A stretch of DNA of 64,000 nt. Source: an uncultured virus (IMG/VR IMGVR_UViG_3300011434_000001). Taxonomy: Duplodnaviria > Heunggongvirae > Uroviricota > Caudoviricetes. The notes beneath the pieces are model-generated. The model searched no databases, was not told the origin of the DNA, and worked only from the letters and a program-made list of their open reading frames with translations. Where the stretch lies: the IMG/VR virus record IMGVR_UViG_3300011434_000001. The stretch is one strand, 5' to 3'. Shown one piece after another: positions 59,033 through 64,000 of the stretch. Numbering within the stretch: the stretch's first letter is position 1; the number at the start of each line of letters is the position of its first letter. A program made the position numbers and the translations under genes.

Positions 59033-59813
59033 GGAGTTTTCCTTTCAGTTCTCCGTGCCGGTGTGCGAACCAATATGCGAACACAGCGCCGACGCCGATG
59101 CACAGAATTAAAATTTCGTGGCCGACGATGAGCGACGGCAACATGATAAGCGCAATCCCCGCCGCACTTGCAACAAGGCTCGTGGTTGTGCTGCCAACGA
59201 TAACCTTGAGAGGGGGCCAGACCAACGAGGCTGCGCCAAAAACAAATAACGCGATGCCCACCCACACGACTCCCTTGAGGGAGGAAAGCTTCGCGCGCGT
59301 CTCGGCGGCGAAATCTTTTTGGGCTGCACCGATCTTTGTGTCGAGTTTTTCCTCGGTCACAACCACCTTGCCATCAGGCAAAAATTCCCGGGTGATGCGG
59401 GACAAATTCTGAGTCGTATCCGATTTCGGATTTTCCGACTGCTTCACTTCGCCGGACAAGCCGGACGGGGTTCGAAAACCACTGGAGCCACCCTTCTGCG
59501 CGAGCGCGCAACCATTTGCCGCGAGGGCCAACGTCAAACCGCCGATGATGAGAAGGTCCTTGCTGGGTTTCTTAGGGGACTTCACGCGCCGGATCACGTA
59601 GATGGCAGTTGCGATACCGATCACGATTTGAACGACGAGCAGTGCGATTCGCAGCCATGACTCAACACTCTCAGCAGGAGTTTTTGTGGCCTCTGCTACG
59701 CCTTGAGCGACTGCGCCGGAAACATTACCGGTGACAACCGCGCCGATCTTGAATTCTTCCAACCGGAAAAGTCCGGTGACCTTTTCAATCAGGGAGCGAA
59801 TGAGGTTGATCAT
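59016..59813 (-). CDS. Multi-pass membrane protein, possible lysis function
   Basis: Several hydrophobic segments, internal lipobox-like LALAANGC. Confidence 0.55.
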   Translation of the reverse strand: MINLIRSLIEKVTGLFRLEEFKIGAVVTGNVSGAVAQGVAEATKTPAESVESWLRIALLVVQIVIGIATAIYVIRRVKSPKKPSKDLLIIGGLTLALAANGCALAQKGGSSGFRTPSGLSGEVKQSENPKSDTTQNLSRITREFLPDGKVVVTEEKLDTKIGAAQKDFAAETRAKLSSLKGVVWVGIALFVFGAASLVWPPLKVIVGSTTTSLVASAAGIALIMLPSLIVGHEILILCIGVGAVFAYWFAHRHGELKGKLHVLSK

Positions 59814-59830
59814 ATTTTTCTTTCGATAAA

Positions 59831-59857
59831 GGGGAGTGGGCTTTCGACCCACTCCCC
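59831..59857 (-). terminator. Intrinsic terminator after the capsid gene
   Basis: GGGGAGTGGG-TCGAAAG-CCCACTCCCC-TTTAT. Confidence 0.75.
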
Positions 59858-59896
59858 GTGTTCACCTGATTGCTTAGAATCAGACTAAGCTTTCGC

Positions 59897-61174
59897 TTAG
59901 GCTTCTTCCTCGCACACCCCAACCGTGGTGAAGGTGTCCGCACCGGTGTAGCTCGACAGAGTCACCTCATCCGAGCACGCGACCAGACCGAGGTCTGCCG
60001 GGCAACGCTTGTAAGCGATGGGGATGATGTGCTGCGGGCGCAGCGGGCGATAGGCGCGACTGATCTGGTATTTGTGCCAGCCGAAGTCGCCCCATTGATT
60101 GCACTCGTTATCCTTGAGGTAGTGCCATTCGAGTTCGCCCATGTGCAACTGGGGCGCGAACTTGAAGCTGCCTTCGCCCACATACCGCTCGGGAACGAGG
60201 CGCTCGAACGAACCGTCAGCGATGAAAACGCCGATTTCGTAGCTGGCTTGCAGCCACGTGGGATTCGCTTTGGCATACGCGGTGCCCTTGGACGCGTTCG
60301 TCACAGTGGTCACCGGGTTGATCAGGTTCGGAACGCCATTCGTCATGGTGTTGAACCGGAGAGGACGCTGGTCCAGACCGAAGGAGATGCCCCGGTAGGA
60401 AGGAGACGACTCAAACCCGTAGGCGGTGAGCATTTCCTTGCCAAGCTGGTAGCTGCCTTGCGTGAGGACGTTGATCGCAGACGCATTGTCGGCGCTCAGT
60501 TCCGCACGGAAGTATTCGATCTGATCAGTGCCGCCGATGAAGCGGAAGCTGCCGTCGCTGTAGTAGTCGCCGAACAGAACCTCTTTCAGGTAGCGGGCGA
60601 TGTAATGCAACGCTTTGAACGTCATAGGACCGTTCGGAAGCTGCGGGAAGAACTTCACGCCGAGATCGGTTTCAGAACCACCGGTAAACAGCGAGTCGAA
60701 GTCCCAGTCAGCGTTCGCCACGAACTTCGAGGCGGAACGGAGATACAGTTGCGCGCGGATGTCCGCGTTGGCATACTGGGTCACCAGTCGCTTCAGAGAG
60801 TCCTCGGCAACCGAATAGCTGCCCTTGAACGCGGCGTAACCCTGCTTCACGCAGATGTTCGGACCACGCCCACGGAAGCCTTCCAGCCGGACGTTGAATT
60901 CCGTGGTGTCGGTCTTGTCTTGGTGACCGGCCTGACCACAGAGTTCGGTTTCACAAACGAAGGTCGGGATGGCGAGAGAGTCGCCGGGAGCCGCCTGCAT
61001 TTGCACGACGGAACGGATCGAGTCAGAGACTCCAGCGGGGAAGGTCCCGCCTTGAATCACGTTCATATAAGGAGAATTCGCAGCCAGAGTCTTCGCGATA
61101 GTCCCGACAATGCGGTTCGTATCTTTACTAGCTACGTCCGAGATTGCGCTCGGATCGTCACAGAAAAATGCCAT
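59897..61174 (-). CDS. Major capsid protein (probable)
   Basis: 425 aa, strong codon bias, own promoter and terminator, head of the structural operon. Confidence 0.75.
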   Translation of the reverse strand: MAFFCDDPSAISDVASKDTNRIVGTIAKTLAANSPYMNVIQGGTFPAGVSDSIRSVVQMQAAPGDSLAIPTFVCETELCGQAGHQDKTDTTEFNVRLEGFRGRGPNICVKQGYAAFKGSYSVAEDSLKRLVTQYANADIRAQLYLRSASKFVANADWDFDSLFTGGSETDLGVKFFPQLPNGPMTFKALHYIARYLKEVLFGDYYSDGSFRFIGGTDQIEYFRAELSADNASAINVLTQGSYQLGKEMLTAYGFESSPSYRGISFGLDQRPLRFNTMTNGVPNLINPVTTVTNASKGTAYAKANPTWLQASYEIGVFIADGSFERLVPERYVGEGSFKFAPQLHMGELEWHYLKDNECNQWGDFGWHKYQISRAYRPLRPQHIIPIAYKRCPADLGLVACSDEVTLSSYTGADTFTTVGVCEEEA

Positions 61175-61318
61175 TTTGGCCTTTCAATCGGAGCAAATTT
61201 ACCGTGCTCCAGCCGGGCGAGGGAAAACACAACCTCTCTCGCAGGGCGATGATTCACTTGCTTGGGGCCAACAAGCGTAGGCCGTTCCGGCGACGCCACT
61301 TCGGAGCGATAAGGCTTC

Positions 61319-61352
61319 ACTAAACGGTGCGCCGGGGGGAAAAAAGTGTCAA
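61319..61352 (-). promoter_or_regulatory. Putative phage-sigma (late) promoter of the capsid gene
   Basis: TTGACA-N16-GCACCGTTTAGT; related motif upstream of 10 or more other genes. Confidence 0.75.
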
Positions 61353-62068
61353 CGCCCGATTAGCGCGGTGCGAGCCCAGTGGTAAAGACTGTCGTCTTTC
61401 ACGCCGTGGACGAATGCCCAGCCGTGAGTGCGGAGCCAGTCAAATTCCTTTTGCTCCATGGTGCGTTGTCCGCACCGATTGATGATCTTGGACGAGAATC
61501 CAACGCCCCACTGGGTGAACTTGGGGAACAAATAGATATCCCACGGCTCTTTGCGCGGGACCCCCGTGACCGTCACGCTGCGGATCAGCCATTGGAGAAA
61601 ATCTAAATTACTTGTAGCCATCAAATTCCCGTTCAGATGATGCTGCCAGTGGAAAGTCTCGGACCCAACCAACGAGGTGTTTAAACGCATGAACTCATCG
61701 TGACACTCGTTAATCCACGTGTGGGAGATCGGGATGCAGTCCGCCTCGAACGGGAAAATCCACTTATACTCCGGCAGCTTCCCGGACTGACGCCCCAAGT
61801 AGAACCACTCCATCAGCGAATACCACAGGACCCAGCAGCCCCATGGGTGCCCAGCCGCGCGCGCGACGCATTTCAGTTTTCGGACGTTAAACTTCCGGGA
61901 CACATACTGCACTGCCGCTTCGTCGTGGTCACAATCCGCCCGCGCGATGAACACGAAATCGATATCGTCGCGTCGTGTGGGTTCGAGGTCGGCGATGAGT
62001 CGAGCGAGGCGCATGGCCTTGTCGATGTCGCCGCGCCAGTATTGAATTGCGATGACGCCTTTTTTCAT
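61349..62068 (-). CDS. Glycosyltransferase-like protein (GT-A)
   Basis: FEADCIP DxD-like motif, HLNGN, VHGVKD; glycan gene cluster. Confidence 0.55.
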   Translation of the reverse strand: MKKGVIAIQYWRGDIDKAMRLARLIADLEPTRRDDIDFVFIARADCDHDEAAVQYVSRKFNVRKLKCVARAAGHPWGCWVLWYSLMEWFYLGRQSGKLPEYKWIFPFEADCIPISHTWINECHDEFMRLNTSLVGSETFHWQHHLNGNLMATSNLDFLQWLIRSVTVTGVPRKEPWDIYLFPKFTQWGVGFSSKIINRCGQRTMEQKEFDWLRTHGWAFVHGVKDDSLYHWARTALIGR

Positions 62069-63018
62069 GATGCGAATTCCTTCAGGAGGTTAACCAGCCG
62101 ATGCTTCTCAGCGCGAAGGTCAAAAGCGCCCTGCGGAATCCACGCATATGCCCCATTAATCCAATCGCGAAATTCGTCGATAGAAAATTCTGAGGGGCGA
62201 CACGCCCACCCGCCGAGCCGCCGAACCATCTTGACTCGACTATCATATGCGATCCCCCATGAGGGCGCGCCCCTTGCTGCCACGACTGCTGCGCCGTGAA
62301 GCCGATGCCCAAAATACTGTGCCGCATTCGAATAGAGTTCCAGATAATCCTCCGGCTTCTCATAATGATGAATCCGACTGTCGCTCCACCCAAGATCATG
62401 TGCTAGAAGTCGCTCTCCCCTAGTGTGTGCGACGAAATCGAACCCAGCATTCCAAAGCGTTGCGAAAATGGTTTGCTGCTTTGACATCCACGCTTTTGTT
62501 TCTTTCTCCGACGCTGCGTGTGCGAAGTGCCCTCCGTCCATCATAAAATTACAAAGCCGCTTGTGCCCCAACCCTTGACGGATCGCAAACGCCGAGGGGC
62601 AAATGCTCTCGATGATTTGAGGATGGTCAAAGACTGGCTCGCGCGTCGTCAGCTTCCACACTTTCTGGATCACGTAATTGATCGAAAAAACATACTTCGC
62701 AAAGTTTGGAATGTCGTCGAGCAAGACGTGACCAACGCCCAGTGCCATAAGCTTACGACGATCCTTCGCAATCCAGTCTTCAAATATTTTATCCCACCAC
62801 CAAATGTCATAATTATCCTGTTCCGTCGCCCAAAACAGCGGCATGCCGCAGATCACTGCACGGTCGAAATCGCGCGGGCAGTAGTGTTCCGGGTTTTCCT
62901 TGTTCAACAGATCGAACTCTGCACCCTTGTCCACCTCTCGAATGAGATTTTGGACGCCGATGCGAGCGAACTCGTCGCCGGGATTCGTTCCCAGTGTAGT
63001 AATCAATAGCCACTTCAA
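62065..63018 (-). CDS. Polysaccharide pyruvyl transferase family protein
   Basis: NPGDE, LGVG, TTRE, CPS, RLHGAVVA...YDSR. Confidence 0.8.
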   Translation of the reverse strand: MKWLLITTLGTNPGDEFARIGVQNLIREVDKGAEFDLLNKENPEHYCPRDFDRAVICGMPLFWATEQDNYDIWWWDKIFEDWIAKDRRKLMALGVGHVLLDDIPNFAKYVFSINYVIQKVWKLTTREPVFDHPQIIESICPSAFAIRQGLGHKRLCNFMMDGGHFAHAASEKETKAWMSKQQTIFATLWNAGFDFVAHTRGERLLAHDLGWSDSRIHHYEKPEDYLELYSNAAQYFGHRLHGAAVVAARGAPSWGIAYDSRVKMVRRLGGWACRPSEFSIDEFRDWINGAYAWIPQGAFDLRAEKHRLVNLLKEFAS

Positions 63019-63707
63019 TCAATGATCCTCCAAGGGCCGCGCAACTCTGGCCAGCGCGAGTGGCCGGGGTATTGTTTCGCGTAGCGATGAAATACCAATG
63101 CTGTGTTGGGAAGAACGCCCATCGCGTGCATCGACTCCGCCAAGTTCAAGAAGGATGAGTCGATGAAGTGCAATTCCTTCGCGGCGAGTATCTCCGGCAT
63201 CCAATCTAGGATGGACGGGCGCTTGTTGATGCGAAAAATTTCGAGATCGTTGGGCAGAGCGTTGGGCCGGATCAAAAAATTCCGGTCGTAGTCCTCGTGG
63301 ACGAGTGCGATGTTCCTTTTGGGCTCTTTCCACCCGCGCACGAGTCGCGCCGGGAGCCGGAACTCCGTCCACCGTGTGTCGAAGGGAATTTCTGCCTGCC
63401 GATACATCTCGCTGTCCCATTTTGCTTCGTTGAATCCAAGCTGATTGAAGTATCCGAGGCAAAGACTGTTCGGGCACTGGGGAATCCACCGTCTTTTCAC
63501 TTCCTCGTAGTCGATTGCGGCGAGAACCTGCACGTTGGGCACGTCTTCAATAGTGGCGCGCACAGCACGGACGTAGTCGGTTTTTGTAATCCACTTCACA
63601 CGAGCGTGCTTGCGCGCCAAAACGCGGATGAGCCCGTTCAGCACGAGCGCATCACCAAATTCTAGGTGCCCGAAGACGTAAAAATTTTCAGGAATCTTTA
63701 CTGCCAT
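63015..63707 (-). CDS. Glycosyltransferase-like protein (GT-B)
   Basis: HLEFGDALVLNGLIR, AKELHFIDSSFLNL. Confidence 0.6.
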   Translation of the reverse strand: MAVKIPENFYVFGHLEFGDALVLNGLIRVLARKHARVKWITKTDYVRAVRATIEDVPNVQVLAAIDYEEVKRRWIPQCPNSLCLGYFNQLGFNEAKWDSEMYRQAEIPFDTRWTEFRLPARLVRGWKEPKRNIALVHEDYDRNFLIRPNALPNDLEIFRINKRPSILDWMPEILAAKELHFIDSSFLNLAESMHAMGVLPNTALVFHRYAKQYPGHSRWPELRGPWRIID

Positions 63708-64000
63708 AAATTTTCCGGGTAAACTCGATGTCCAACGTGCCCGCAGACGAGCCCCATGTCCACGTAGACCTGATGTCCAGCCTCGCGGGCGCGCCGACAG
63801 AAAATTACGTCCTCTCCCACGCCCATATTTGAGACTTTTGTCGCGTGCGCTTGCGCGTTTTCCAACATTTGCAAAGCCTTCAGGGCTTTTTCACCGTCCA
63901 TCGGACCTTCGCCGAGCATTTTCACGGTGGCATCGACATCTTCGAGCAGCCGGTGCTCGCTACTGGTGAACCAATGACCATTGAGTGCCGGATATTTCTT
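63698..64000 (-). CDS. Glycosyltransferase family 2-like protein, C-terminal part
   Basis: GEDVIFCRRAREAGHQVYVDMGLVCGHVG; 5' end lies outside the window. Confidence 0.8.
   Translation of the reverse strand, partial: KKYPALNGHWFTSSEHRLLEDVDATVKMLGEGPMDGEKALKALQMLENAQAHATKVSNMGVGEDVIFCRRAREAGHQVYVDMGLVCGHVGHRVYPENLWQ

Noticed and set aside
59870..61252. Long antisense ORFs (e.g. 460 aa opposite the capsid gene, 26533-27597, 53837-55027)
   Set aside because: Expected shadows of GC-rich, codon-biased genes; no recognisable motifs
1..64000. Alternative genetic code, integrase, reverse transcriptase or diversity-generating retroelement
   Set aside because: Long genes read through under the standard code; no such motifs or template/variable repeat pair seen

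Overview
The window is a large part of a tailed dsDNA phage genome, apparently podovirus-like. The host is not determinable from the sequence. Layout: (i) 1-7661, a minus-strand arm with small secreted/FN3-like proteins, a trypsin-like protease, a permuted papain-like amidase, a fibre protein, a possible small terminase and a non-coding RNA array at about 4020-4620; (ii) an AT-rich divergence point at about 7850-8040; (iii) about 8190-37750, plus-strand early and replication genes (GroES, NUDIX, sulfotransferase, UvrD helicase, frameshifted RNA ligase, dNMP kinase, nucleoside deoxyribosyltransferase, HD protein, SF2 helicase, Cas4-like nuclease, family A DNA polymerase, primase-helicase, sigma factor, RuvC, metallophosphoesterase); (iv) about 38000-64000, minus-strand virion genes (2184-aa polyvalent protein, putative ejection and tail proteins, collagen-repeat fibres, major capsid protein) and glycan-modifying genes. 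No large terminase, portal or integrase was recognised. Most unusual signals: an array of one altered initiator-type tRNA-Met plus four non-canonical tRNA-like RNAs; a 16-20 bp perfect palindrome present four times, three of them inside genes; at least 18 copies of GTTTAAAC, three at an identical position in promoter spacers; and a recurring TTGACA-like-N16-GCACNNTTTRRT motif upstream of genes, a candidate target of the phage sigma factor. All protein calls come from motif recognition by eye, with no database search.
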